Source: an uncultured delta proteobacterium (GTDB lineage Bacteria > Myxococcota_A > Polyangia > Polyangiales > Polyangiaceae). From it: a stretch of DNA of 64,000 nt. Of this stretch, positions 10,449-19,549 are shown in pieces. Numbering within the stretch: position 1 is the stretch's first letter; every line of letters begins with the position of its first letter. The position numbers and the translations under genes were made by a program. The stretch spans positions 1,184,001 through 1,248,000 of the forward strand of contig CAWJCS010000003.1 in assembly GCA_963841435.1 (NCBI GenBank), written 5' to 3'. The notes below the pieces were generated by a model. It did no database searches and was not told where the DNA came from. It was given only the letters and a program-made list of their open reading frames with translations.

Positions 10449-11342
10449 TCAGCCAAACTCGACCGACCGCCGCGTGAACGACCCGCCGGCTGCTTCCCAG
10501 AAACCGGTGATCGGGAAGCGCACGCTCTCGGTTCCCCGTGAGGCGCCCGCGGCGACGATCACGGGCACGAAGTGCTCCGTCGTGGGCAGCGCCGTGCGCG
10601 CGGCGGGGCCGCGCGCCAGAAAGTCGATGAGTGCGTCATGGTCGCGCTTTTCCAGCACCTCTCGGACCCACGCGTCGAACTCGACGGCCCAGCTCGGCGT
10701 GCCGGGTCGAAACGCGAACCGCATGTTGTGCGTGAGAAACCCGCTGCCGACGATGAGCACCCCCTCGTTTCGCAGGGGTGACAGCACCTCCCCGAGCGCG
10801 TAGAGCTCTTTCGGGTCGAGCGAGGGCAGCGAGAGCTGCAGGACGGGAACGTCCGCCTCCGGGTACATGCAGACGAGCGGGACGTAGGCGCCGTGATCGA
10901 GCCCACGCTCACTCCTCGCGACATCCATGCCGCGCTCGGAGAGCAGCTCCTCGACACGCGCGGCGAGCGCCGGCGCGCCGGGCGCCGGGTACGTCACCTG
11001 GTAGTAGCGCTCCGGGAAGCCGTAAAAGTCGTAGGTGAGTGGGACCGTGTGCGTGGCGCCAAACGTCGCCGGGCGCTTTTCCCAGTGCGCCGACAGCATC
11101 AGCACGGCGCTCGGCCGCGGCAGGGCTTTCGACCAGGCACGAAGCTCACCGACCCAGCTCGCGTCGTCGAGCAGAACGGGTGCACCGTGAGCCAAGAAGA
11201 TCACGGGCATGGTGGCGGCGGCCGACGGGGTCTCGATGGGCATAGGCTTCGCGTCTTTCTTCCGACACGCCGGGAGGGCGAGCGCGCTCGTGCCGAGCAA
11301 GAGCTTCAACGTCGAGCGGCGATCGACCGGCACGCGACTCAT
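10449..11342 (-). CDS. Class III extradiol ring-cleavage dioxygenase (LigB/YgiD/DODA-like) with a Tat-lipoprotein-like N-terminus
   Basis: Motifs FLAHGAP, LSAHW, GLDHG, GSGFLTHN, PTTEHFVP; N-terminus DRRSTLK...LPAC. Confidence 0.85.
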   Translation of the reverse strand: MSRVPVDRRSTLKLLLGTSALALPACRKKDAKPMPIETPSAAATMPVIFLAHGAPVLLDDASWVGELRAWSKALPRPSAVLMLSAHWEKRPATFGATHTVPLTYDFYGFPERYYQVTYPAPGAPALAARVEELLSERGMDVARSERGLDHGAYVPLVCMYPEADVPVLQLSLPSLDPKELYALGEVLSPLRNEGVLIVGSGFLTHNMRFAFRPGTPSWAVEFDAWVREVLEKRDHDALIDFLARGPAARTALPTTEHFVPVIVAAGASRGTESVRFPITGFWEAAGGSFTRRSVEFG

Positions 11343-11419
11343 CCTTCTACCGCGCCGGTCGCTTCGCAAGCCCCCGAGCCGGCAAGCCCTGGTGCGCAGG
11401 TGGTGCTAAAGAGCGGCCC

Positions 11420-12490
11420 GTGCTCGTTCTGGGACTCGAGAGCTCCTGCGACGAAACCGGCGCCGCCGTCGTCCGCTCCGACGGACAGGTGCTGAGTGAC
11501 GTCGTGCAAAGTCAGGTCGAGGTGCACGCACCCTACGGCGGCGTGGTGCCCGAGCTCGCTTCCCGCGACCACCTGCGCAACGCCGACCCCGTGGTGCGCG
11601 AGGCCGTGACCCGCGCGGGCGTCCGGCTCGCCGACGTCGATGGGATCGCCGTCACGTGCCGCCCCGGGCTCACGGGTGCACTGCTGGTCGGTGTGCAGGT
11701 CGCGCGGGGGCTCGCCTGGTCGCTCGAAAAGCCGCTCGTCGGCGTCGACCACCTGGTCGGCCATCTGCTGTCGGTGTTCTTACGCTTCGAGGGCATCACG
11801 GGCCCCGAGCCGCCAGCGTACCCATTCGTGGCCTTGCTCGCGTCGGGGGGCCACACGGCGCTCTATCGTGTCAACGGCCCGGCGCTCACGGCAATCCGCG
11901 AGCTCGGCGCCACGCGCGACGACGCCGCGGGCGAAGCGTTCGACAAGGTCGCCAAGCTGCTCGGCCTCGGCTACCCGGGCGGCCCCGTCATCGACCGGCT
12001 CGCCCAGCAGGGCAACCCCGACGCGATCGAGCTCGTGTGGCCCATGCGCCGGCGGGGATCGCTCGAGTTTAGCTTCTCCGGCCTCAAGACGGACGTGATG
12101 CGCTGGGTCGAGCGGCACGGGCGCCCGGCGGACACCCGCGTCCTTTGCGACCTGTGTGCGAGCTTCCAGCGGCGCGTCGTGGACACGCTCGTGGGCAAGG
12201 CCGTCGTGGCCGCCACGCGCGAAGGGGTCCGAGCGCTCGTGCTGGCAGGCGGCGTCGCCGCGAACCGCGAGCTCCGAGAGCGTGCCGCTCGAGCGGCCGA
12301 GTCGCACGGCCTCAGACTCGTCGTGCCACCGTTTCGAGCCTGCACGGACAACGCCGCCATGATCGCGTACGCGGGGGCCCAGCGCCTCGCTCGCGGCGAG
12401 GACGACAGCCGAGCGCTCGAAACGAGCCCGAGCACGGCTCTCTTGCGCGCGACGAAAAAGGGGCCCGGCCGCCGCGCGGCGCCGCCCTGA
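11420..12490 (+). CDS. tsaD: tRNA N6-adenosine threonylcarbamoyltransferase TsaD
   Basis: LGLESSCDET, GGVVPELASR, HLVGH, SGGHT, DDAAGEAFDK, FSFSGLKT, TDNAAMIA. Confidence 0.97.
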   Translation: MLVLGLESSCDETGAAVVRSDGQVLSDVVQSQVEVHAPYGGVVPELASRDHLRNADPVVREAVTRAGVRLADVDGIAVTCRPGLTGALLVGVQVARGLAWSLEKPLVGVDHLVGHLLSVFLRFEGITGPEPPAYPFVALLASGGHTALYRVNGPALTAIRELGATRDDAAGEAFDKVAKLLGLGYPGGPVIDRLAQQGNPDAIELVWPMRRRGSLEFSFSGLKTDVMRWVERHGRPADTRVLCDLCASFQRRVVDTLVGKAVVAATREGVRALVLAGGVAANRELRERAARAAESHGLRLVVPPFRACTDNAAMIAYAGAQRLARGEDDSRALETSPSTALLRATKKGPGRRAAPP

Positions 12491-12560
12491 GCTCGCCGCG
12501 CTCGGGGCGAACGCGTGTCCTTCGATGGCCGAACGGCGACGGTCCGGCGACGGCTCGAGC

Positions 12561-14481
12561 CTACTTCTTGGTCTTCTTCGTCGCGGCAGGCTTGCTTTTC
12601 GTCTTGCTTGCAGCCTTCGTCGGCTTCGCTTCGGGTGCGCTGATCAAGAGCTCCACGAAGTCCCGGCGCAGTCGCACACGGTAGGGGGGAACGCCGTCGC
12701 GGAACGTGAGTCGCACCTGCGCGCCGCCCGGCGTGTTGGTCGTGCGCAGACGCGCGATGCGCGTGTCGCGCTTGGCGATGGCGCCGCCCTCCTCCATGAG
12801 CTTCCTGCCCGGCACGAGCACCGTGAATCCGTTGGCGTCCGCCACACCGCGTAGCTCGCCACCCGGAGCGTCGAGCCTCAGGCGCGAGATGGTCGGCAGG
12901 TGCATCCGCCCGCGACCGAAGGGCGCGACGTCCTCGGGTCGCTTGGCGCTCCGCTCGTCGCTCTTCTTCGAGCTCGAGCTGCGCGGGCTCACCGCCTCGA
13001 CGAACTCCTCGTCCTCGGCGGCCGGAGGCGTGAGCGCCTTGGCGGCAGCAAGCTCGGCGGCCTCCTCGGCGGCTGACGTCCCCGTGGGCGGCGGTCCGAG
13101 CGGCGCCGGTTCCACGGTGGCGAGCGGCGTCGGGCCGAAGAGAGGCACGTTCGCCGTCACGGGAGCGCCCGGCGCCGGCGCGGCGGCCAGGCCCGTGGGG
13201 AGCGCGGGCGCCGGCGCGGCGGCGGTCGTCGGCGCCTGCGTCGCCGGCGCGGCGGGCGGCGGCAGAGCCTTCTTGTCGGCGCCGCCCGCGGAGTGCAGCG
13301 TCATCGCTGCGGCCGTTCCGAACAGCATGGTCGCAGCGACGCCGATGGCGATCTGCTTCTTCGTTGCCAGGCGGCGCGGCGGTGCGGCCTCGGGGCGTCC
13401 AGACTGGGGGCGTAGCCTGCGCCCCTCGCCGGAAGGGGGGGCTTCGGGGGCGGGCAACGTCGAGCGGCGTTTGACGGGCGCGTTCTTCTGCCTCATCGCG
13501 CGAAGCTTCGCGGGCATGCCGCCCATCGCCTTGCCGAGATCCTGGAAGGCCGAGAAGCCCCAGCGCATCGCGCGCCCGCTTGCATCACGCGCCACGACGC
13601 CCGCTTGCTCGGCAGCCACGCCGAGCCGCCGGGCGGCCCGCGCCGATGCGGACACCCCGGCATCGGCATCGGCCTCGACGCCGTCGGCGTCAACCGCGTC
13701 GTCTTCCTCGGCGGCCGGCTGGTCGCCGGACGGCTCGGGGTCGGCCGCGTCGGCTTGGACGCTCGCCGCGTCGGTGGTCACACGAGCGGCCTCGAGGCGC
13801 AGGGCCTGTGGTGCGGCCCCGGGCTCTCGCAGATCGGTCACGGTCGGCTGGGGCGTGTCCTCGGTCGCGCCCTCGTAGCGAAGCGCCACGACGAGCTCGG
13901 GCACCAACGTCTTCGGATTGATGAGCACCTCGACACCGTCGATGAGCGCCGCGCGGCGTCCGCCGGCCTCAACGTCCTCGACCTCGAGCCGGCGCCCGAC
14001 CCGGAGAAACTCGAGACTCGAGCCGACCTGGACCTTGCGCTTGCCGGCGAGGTTCTTCACGCGCGCCTTCATCGGCGAGCCGAGACCTTCGATGTGCAGG
14101 CGCACCCTGGAGCCTTCCGTCCCCTCGGCGGCGTCGGCGCCGCTCGGCTCCGTCGGCTTCAAGAGCCCCCGCAGCACGTCCACGCTGCGCGCGTCGAGCG
14201 CCGTGAAGCTCACGCCGAAGTCGCCGCCCTTCTCTCGCTCCTTGCGCCAGGCGACGACGCCTTCGACGACAATCTCTCGGCCCTGATCCTCGAAGCGGCA
14301 GACGAGCGGGGCCCCTTCGTCCGGAAGGTACGCGGTACGAAGGTGCATGCCGCGGGCACTCACGTCGAGCGACTCCGCCTCGAATGCCGGAATGCCGGGC
14401 TCGTTGCCGCAGAATCTCGACCAGCGTTTCGATGGCCACGCGGCCTGCGCCGGGGGCGCGTCGTTCCTGAACGTCCATCAT
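12561..14481 (-). CDS. PilZ-domain membrane protein, with an apparent frameshift at about 14413
   Basis: Removing one base at 14413/14414 joins MMDVQERRAPGAGRVAIETLVEI to CGNEPGIPAFEAESLDVSARGMHL. This restores the PilZ Arg-rich motif (ERR...R) together with D-x-S-x-x-G. One TM segment and a Pro/Ala-rich periplasmic part follow. Confidence 0.75.
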
Positions 14482-14618
14482 GGCTGCCTCGGGGGGGCGC
14501 CTCGGAAGAGGGCCCGCCTGCCCCGGCGATAGGGCCTCGGCCGCCTGCGGGCCAAGTTTCGGGCGGCGCCCCGGGCCACCCGCGGGCAGGTTGCCCGCCG
14601 CCGAGTAGTATCGGGAGC

Positions 14619-15596
14619 ATGGCTCTGACGGTCGTGGTCCGCTCCGGCGACACCTCGGGACCCACGACCATCACGTTCGACGCTCCCCGCATCGTGATTG
14701 GCCGCGGCGAGGGGTGCGAGGTGCGACTGCCGGACCCGAGCGTGAGCCACCGGCACGCTTCGATCCGCCAGCGCGGCAACGACTACGTCATCGTCAACGA
14801 GGGCAGCACGAACGGCACCTTTGCGGGGCCCGTCAAGCTCTCGCCGCAGGCGCCTCGCGTTTTGCGGCAAAGCGAGCTGTTACGCGTCGGGCGAATTTGG
14901 CTCGAGGTCCGCGCCGAGCAGGCAGTGCCCACGGCGAACCCCCAGGAGACGACGCGCGAGATTGCCCTAGCGCTCGTGCAGGGCGCCATGCAGGCGCAGG
15001 GTGAGCCGCTCGTCGCCCGCATCGTCGTGGAGCAGGGTCCGGACGAGGGCAAACAGCTCGCGCTCGCCGACTTCGAGCGCACCTACGTGATAGGTCGCGC
15101 ACCCGACGCCGATCTCGTCATCTCCGACAACGACGCCTCGCGCCGCCACGTGGAAATCACGCGGCGTGGCGATCAGGTGTGCATCAAAGATCTCGGCTCG
15201 AAGAACGGCTCGACGCTCGACGACGCGCGCCTCGTCGCGGGCAAGGAAACGCGCTGGCCGCCGGGACTGCGCCTCGCCATCGGCACCACCCGGCTCTCCC
15301 TCGATGACCCGCTCGTCCAGGCGCTCGCCGAGCTCGAGGGGTGCAGCGACGAGGCGATGCAGAACGACGAGCGCGTCAACCCGCCCGCGCCCGAGGGGGA
15401 ATCGAGCCCTGCCCCCGCGGAGCCCAGGGGACGCGCCGCGGCCGCGCCCCTCGTCGAAGCCCCCCGCCCGGCGCTGGCCGCGGAGCGCACGAGCGGAGGC
15501 CGATTTCGCACCGCCAATCTCTTCGTAGCGCTGCTCGCGCTCGCCGTGCTGACGCTGAGCCTGCTCGGCCTGTCGTGGGTGCTCCGCTCGAATTGA
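14619..15596 (+). CDS. Double FHA-domain protein with a C-terminal TM helix
   Basis: Two FHA signatures: IGR..SHRH..GSTNGT and IGR..SRRH..DLGSKNGS. Confidence 0.9.
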   Translation: MALTVVVRSGDTSGPTTITFDAPRIVIGRGEGCEVRLPDPSVSHRHASIRQRGNDYVIVNEGSTNGTFAGPVKLSPQAPRVLRQSELLRVGRIWLEVRAEQAVPTANPQETTREIALALVQGAMQAQGEPLVARIVVEQGPDEGKQLALADFERTYVIGRAPDADLVISDNDASRRHVEITRRGDQVCIKDLGSKNGSTLDDARLVAGKETRWPPGLRLAIGTTRLSLDDPLVQALAELEGCSDEAMQNDERVNPPAPEGESSPAPAEPRGRAAAAPLVEAPRPALAAERTSGGRFRTANLFVALLALAVLTLSLLGLSWVLRSN

Positions 15597-15692
15597 GGCT
15601 CGGGACGGGCGGCGCGTCGCCGAGCAACCGGGCTCTTGCCCACGCCGCAAGCGTCGCGCTGGCGACAGAGGGCGGCGCGCGACCAGCGCCGT

Positions 15693-16694
15693 TCAGCGAT
15701 CGATCGCGCGATCGAGGCGCGCTTCGGGCGAAAACCCTGCGAGCGTGTCGACGACGAAGCGCGGGCGCCGCTTCAGGACCTCGTAGACCTTCGCCAGGTA
15801 CGTCCCGATGACGCCGAGCAGCACGAACAAGACGCCGAACATGAGCGACATCACCGTCATCACCGAAGCCCAGCCCGGGACGACGCGCCCCTCGGTGTAC
15901 GTGTAGAAGATGTAGCAAAGCTCCACGAACGCGAGGGCGCTCGTCACGAAACCTGCGAAGATGCCCAGGCGCAGCGGGAGTGCCGAAAAAGACACGATGG
16001 CGTCCCCCGAAAAGCGCAGCATCTTGCGCAGCGTGAATTTCGAGGCGCCGGAGCGCCGGGGGTCGGCACGATACGGCACGAGCAGAGTCCGGTAGCCGAG
16101 CCAGTTGACGAGCCCGCGCAGGAACAGATCGGCGTCGCCGAGGCGCACGAGAGCGTCGACGGCGCGCCGGTCCAGGAGTCGAAAGTCCGACGATCCGGGC
16201 TCCATCTTCACGCCGGTGAGCCGCGAGAACAGCCCGTAGAACGCCCGCGAAGTCGTGCGCTTGAACCAGCCGGTGTCGTTGCTGTCGGTACGGCGCGTGT
16301 TGACGACGGGGTAGCCCTGTTTCCACGCCGCGAGCAGCTCGAGCAGAACCCGAGGGGGATGCTGCAGGTCGCCGTCCATCGTGACCACGGCACGCCCGGC
16401 AGCGAGGTTCAGCCCGGCGAGCAGAGCACCCTGGTGGCCGAAGTTGCGCGAAAGGCAGACCCCGCGGACGGCGCCGTGCGCGTCCGCCGCCTCGACGATC
16501 GCTTGCCAGGTCCCGTCGCGGCTACCGTCGTCGACGAGGATGATTTCGCAATCGACACCCGCCCCATTCAGCACCTCGAGCACGGCGTCGACGAACGCTC
16601 GGACGTTCGCCGCCTCGTTGTACATCGGCGCGACGACGCTCAGCTCCGGACGACCGTCGGCATGCGTTAACGGAGGCGCAGGGCTCGCGGGCAC
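15693..16694 (-). CDS. GT2 polyprenyl-phosphate glycosyltransferase (GtrB/ArnC/DPM-like)
   Basis: P.YNE, DDGSRDGT, SRNFGHQ, MDGDLQHPP, SDFRL; two C-terminal TMs. Confidence 0.92.
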   Translation of the reverse strand: MPASPAPPLTHADGRPELSVVAPMYNEAANVRAFVDAVLEVLNGAGVDCEIILVDDGSRDGTWQAIVEAADAHGAVRGVCLSRNFGHQGALLAGLNLAAGRAVVTMDGDLQHPPRVLLELLAAWKQGYPVVNTRRTDSNDTGWFKRTTSRAFYGLFSRLTGVKMEPGSSDFRLLDRRAVDALVRLGDADLFLRGLVNWLGYRTLLVPYRADPRRSGASKFTLRKMLRFSGDAIVSFSALPLRLGIFAGFVTSALAFVELCYIFYTYTEGRVVPGWASVMTVMSLMFGVLFVLLGVIGTYLAKVYEVLKRRPRFVVDTLAGFSPEARLDRAIDR

Positions 16695-16755
16695 GCGCCC
16701 ATACTATCGCATTGCGCAGGGCTACAAGCTCGACTAGTGCTCTCCCATCCGAACC

Positions 16756-18528
16756 GTGCAGAAGTGGCTGAAAGAGCGGCGAGACGAGCTCCTCGAGCGC
16801 GCACGGCGCTTGCCCGAACAGGTGAAGAGCCTCGGGCCGTTCGATTGGCTCAAGCTCGCCAGTAGCGTGGTGTTGCTGGTCGTCGCCCTCTTCTGGCTAC
16901 GGAGCTGGTACGACGGCAACGAGCCCATCCTGCGCGATCCGTTCCTGCAGCCGGACGACGCGCGCACGGCAATCTTTCCCTTCCACCGCTACGGCCCGGG
17001 CGCGCCGCTCGCCGACGACCCCATCGCCAACGAGATGCTCGAGTACCAGCCGTACGCGTACCGGCTGCTGTTCCGCGTCACCGTGCCCTTCGTCGGCCTG
17101 CTCATGGCGACGAAGTACGTCCAGGCGCTGCTCATCGGCATCGTGCTCGCGACCGGCGTCGTGCTTGCCGAGAACCGGCGCGCCGGCCTCGCGACGGGCG
17201 TCCTCTTCGTCTTCGTGTACCTGCACGACACCTCCGTTCAAGATCGCATCTGCGGAGGGCTACCGCGCGGCTTCGGGTTCCCCGTGGTCGGGCTGTGGCT
17301 CGCCGGCGCGTTGATGGACCGGCCGTGGGTGCGCCGCGCCGGGGCCATCCTCGGCGCGCTCACCTACCCTTCGGGCCTCGCCATCACGCTCGGCGCGGAG
17401 GGGGTCTACGCGCTGCGTGGCCTCGGCCGCATCGGTCGCCACACGATCCTCCGGCGCTTGCGCCACTACGCCCTTTTGGTCGCGGCGTGCGTGGCGCTGC
17501 TCGCACCGACCGTGCTGTTCGGCATGTCGAACGGCGGCCCGATCCACACGCTGGAGCAAGCCGAAAAGGAGCCCGCCTTCGGGCGCACGGGCAGGCTCCG
17601 CGTGCTGCCCTTTCCTGATCCAGCCCAGGAGTTCGCCAAGGCCTTCTTCGGCGCGTTCGAGCAGAAGGGACCGTCGCCTTTCGAAGGCATGCGGGACTTC
17701 GTCAAGGAGCACGACGCCGAGGTGGCGCTGTCGGCCGCCGCCGCGCTCGTCGCTCTGCCGCTATTGCGCGTGGCCCCCATCCCCTTGCCGGCGACGGCTT
17801 GCCTCGTGTCGAGCCTGGTGCTCTACGTGCTGGCGCGCGGGTTCGCTTTCCGGCTGTATTCGCCGGAACGCTACTATCTCATCGGAATGCGCACGGTCGC
17901 GCTCGCGCTCATCGTGTCGGGCGTGGGGCTCGTGGGGCCCCGACTCTCGCGCCGCTACCGGAGCACGGTGCGCAACCTCGCGGCGACGCTCGCCATCGTC
18001 GCGATCTGGGGCGGGCTCGGCAACGGCGTGCGCATCCCGGAGATGGGATACGACATCGATTACCGCAGGGATCAACCGCTCTGGGAGTTCATCAAGAAGC
18101 TGCCCATCGGGACGCGCTTCGGCTGTCACATCGGGGACTGCGACAGCATCCCGCTCTTCACGGCACGCGCGAACACGGGAGGATTCGAGACGTTGCAGCC
18201 CTGGCTCACGGAGTCGTGGGCGCGCCAGAAGGTCCGCACGCACGACGTGCTCTCGGCCATCTACGCCACGGACACGGACGCGCTCTTCGCGTTCTGCGAC
18301 GAGTACAAGGTCACCCATCTCTTGGTGAACCAGAACCGCTACCACGACGACTTCGTCGCACGAGCGCGGAGCTTCGAGCCGTTCACGACGTTCACGCGCG
18401 ATCTCTTGCGCGGCGTGCATACCGAGGATCTCGTGCTCGGCCACGTCCCGCCGGAGGCGGTGATCTTCCGCTACCGAGCGTACCTTCTCGTGAGCGTCGA
18501 CCGCTTACGCACGGCTTGGGAGAAGTGA
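16756..18528 (+). CDS. Polytopic membrane protein (putative GT-C glycosyltransferase)
   Basis: About 10 TMs, 'QPDD' acidic pair in the first loop, soluble C-terminal domain ending 'VTHLLV'; lies between the GT2 and epimerase genes. Confidence 0.55.
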   Translation: MQKWLKERRDELLERARRLPEQVKSLGPFDWLKLASSVVLLVVALFWLRSWYDGNEPILRDPFLQPDDARTAIFPFHRYGPGAPLADDPIANEMLEYQPYAYRLLFRVTVPFVGLLMATKYVQALLIGIVLATGVVLAENRRAGLATGVLFVFVYLHDTSVQDRICGGLPRGFGFPVVGLWLAGALMDRPWVRRAGAILGALTYPSGLAITLGAEGVYALRGLGRIGRHTILRRLRHYALLVAACVALLAPTVLFGMSNGGPIHTLEQAEKEPAFGRTGRLRVLPFPDPAQEFAKAFFGAFEQKGPSPFEGMRDFVKEHDAEVALSAAAALVALPLLRVAPIPLPATACLVSSLVLYVLARGFAFRLYSPERYYLIGMRTVALALIVSGVGLVGPRLSRRYRSTVRNLAATLAIVAIWGGLGNGVRIPEMGYDIDYRRDQPLWEFIKKLPIGTRFGCHIGDCDSIPLFTARANTGGFETLQPWLTESWARQKVRTHDVLSAIYATDTDALFAFCDEYKVTHLLVNQNRYHDDFVARARSFEPFTTFTRDLLRGVHTEDLVLGHVPPEAVIFRYRAYLLVSVDRLRTAWEK

Positions 18529-18550
18529 GCGACGCGCACGCCCGCGCGCG

Positions 18551-19480
18551 TCAACCGAGCGACGCGCGCGTCTCGTCGAGCCCCTCGGCGAGGCCCACGA
18601 GCGTGCCGAGGTAGCGCTCCGGCAGGCGCGGCTCGAGCAGCGAAACTCCGAGATCCCCCTCTCGCGACGGGCGATCCTCTATTTTACTCCCGCTTTTCGT
18701 CACGTTCAAGATCGTCTGGGCGAGCTCGAGCGTGGTCGTCGGAACGCCCGTGCCGACATTCGCGACGTTTTCGCTGACGACACCCGTCAGCGCGAGAACG
18801 TTCATGCGCGCGACGTCTTTTACGTACACGTAATCGCGCACACAACCGCCGTCACCGGGAGCCTTCCTTGCGTTGACGAACAGGGTACGCCCGGCGCGCG
18901 CGGCGTCGAGGAAGATTGCAATCACGCCGGCCTCGCCGTGCGGGTCTTGACGCGGGCCGTAGACGTTGGCGTAGCGAAGAATGCGCGCGTCGAGGCCGCG
19001 ATGGCGTCGGTACATCGCGAGCAAGAGCTCGAGCGTTAGCTTGTGGATCGCATACGGGCTCTCGGGGGCGGGCGGCGTCGATTCGTCCGCGCGCGTTCCG
19101 ATCGGCACCTCGCCGTAGATGGCTCCGCCCGTGCTCGCGAACACCACACGCTCGACGTCGACGGCGAGGCAAGCCTCCACGAGGTGCAATCCGCCGAGCA
19201 CGTTCACCTCGGCATCGAGGATCGGCTCGCGCATGCTCACGGCGACGCTCGCCTGCGCTGCCTGGTGGCAGACAGCCTGCGGTCGCACCTCGGCAAGCAC
19301 GCCGGCCGTCGCCTCGCGATCGCGCAGATCCGTGACGAAGAGCCGCGCACCGGACGGCACGTTCTCGCGCCGTCCAGAGCTCAGATTGTCGAGGATTGTG
19401 ACCTCGTGCCCCCCCGCGAGCAGCTGATCTGCCACGTGGCTTCCGATGAAGCCGGCGCCGCCGGTGACGAGGACACGCAC
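18551..19480 (-). CDS. NAD-dependent epimerase/dehydratase (UDP-glucose 4-epimerase-like)
   Basis: GGAGFIG, STGGAIYG, YAIHK (YxxxK), NVYGPRQ, RDYVYV. Confidence 0.92.
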   Translation of the reverse strand: MRVLVTGGAGFIGSHVADQLLAGGHEVTILDNLSSGRRENVPSGARLFVTDLRDREATAGVLAEVRPQAVCHQAAQASVAVSMREPILDAEVNVLGGLHLVEACLAVDVERVVFASTGGAIYGEVPIGTRADESTPPAPESPYAIHKLTLELLLAMYRRHRGLDARILRYANVYGPRQDPHGEAGVIAIFLDAARAGRTLFVNARKAPGDGGCVRDYVYVKDVARMNVLALTGVVSENVANVGTGVPTTTLELAQTILNVTKSGSKIEDRPSREGDLGVSLLEPRLPERYLGTLVGLAEGLDETRASLG

Positions 19481-19549
19481 GGCACGGCTCGTATCACGAC
19501 CACGCTTCGCTTCCCAGGTGGGAAACGCGCGGAGCCCCGAGGATCAGGG

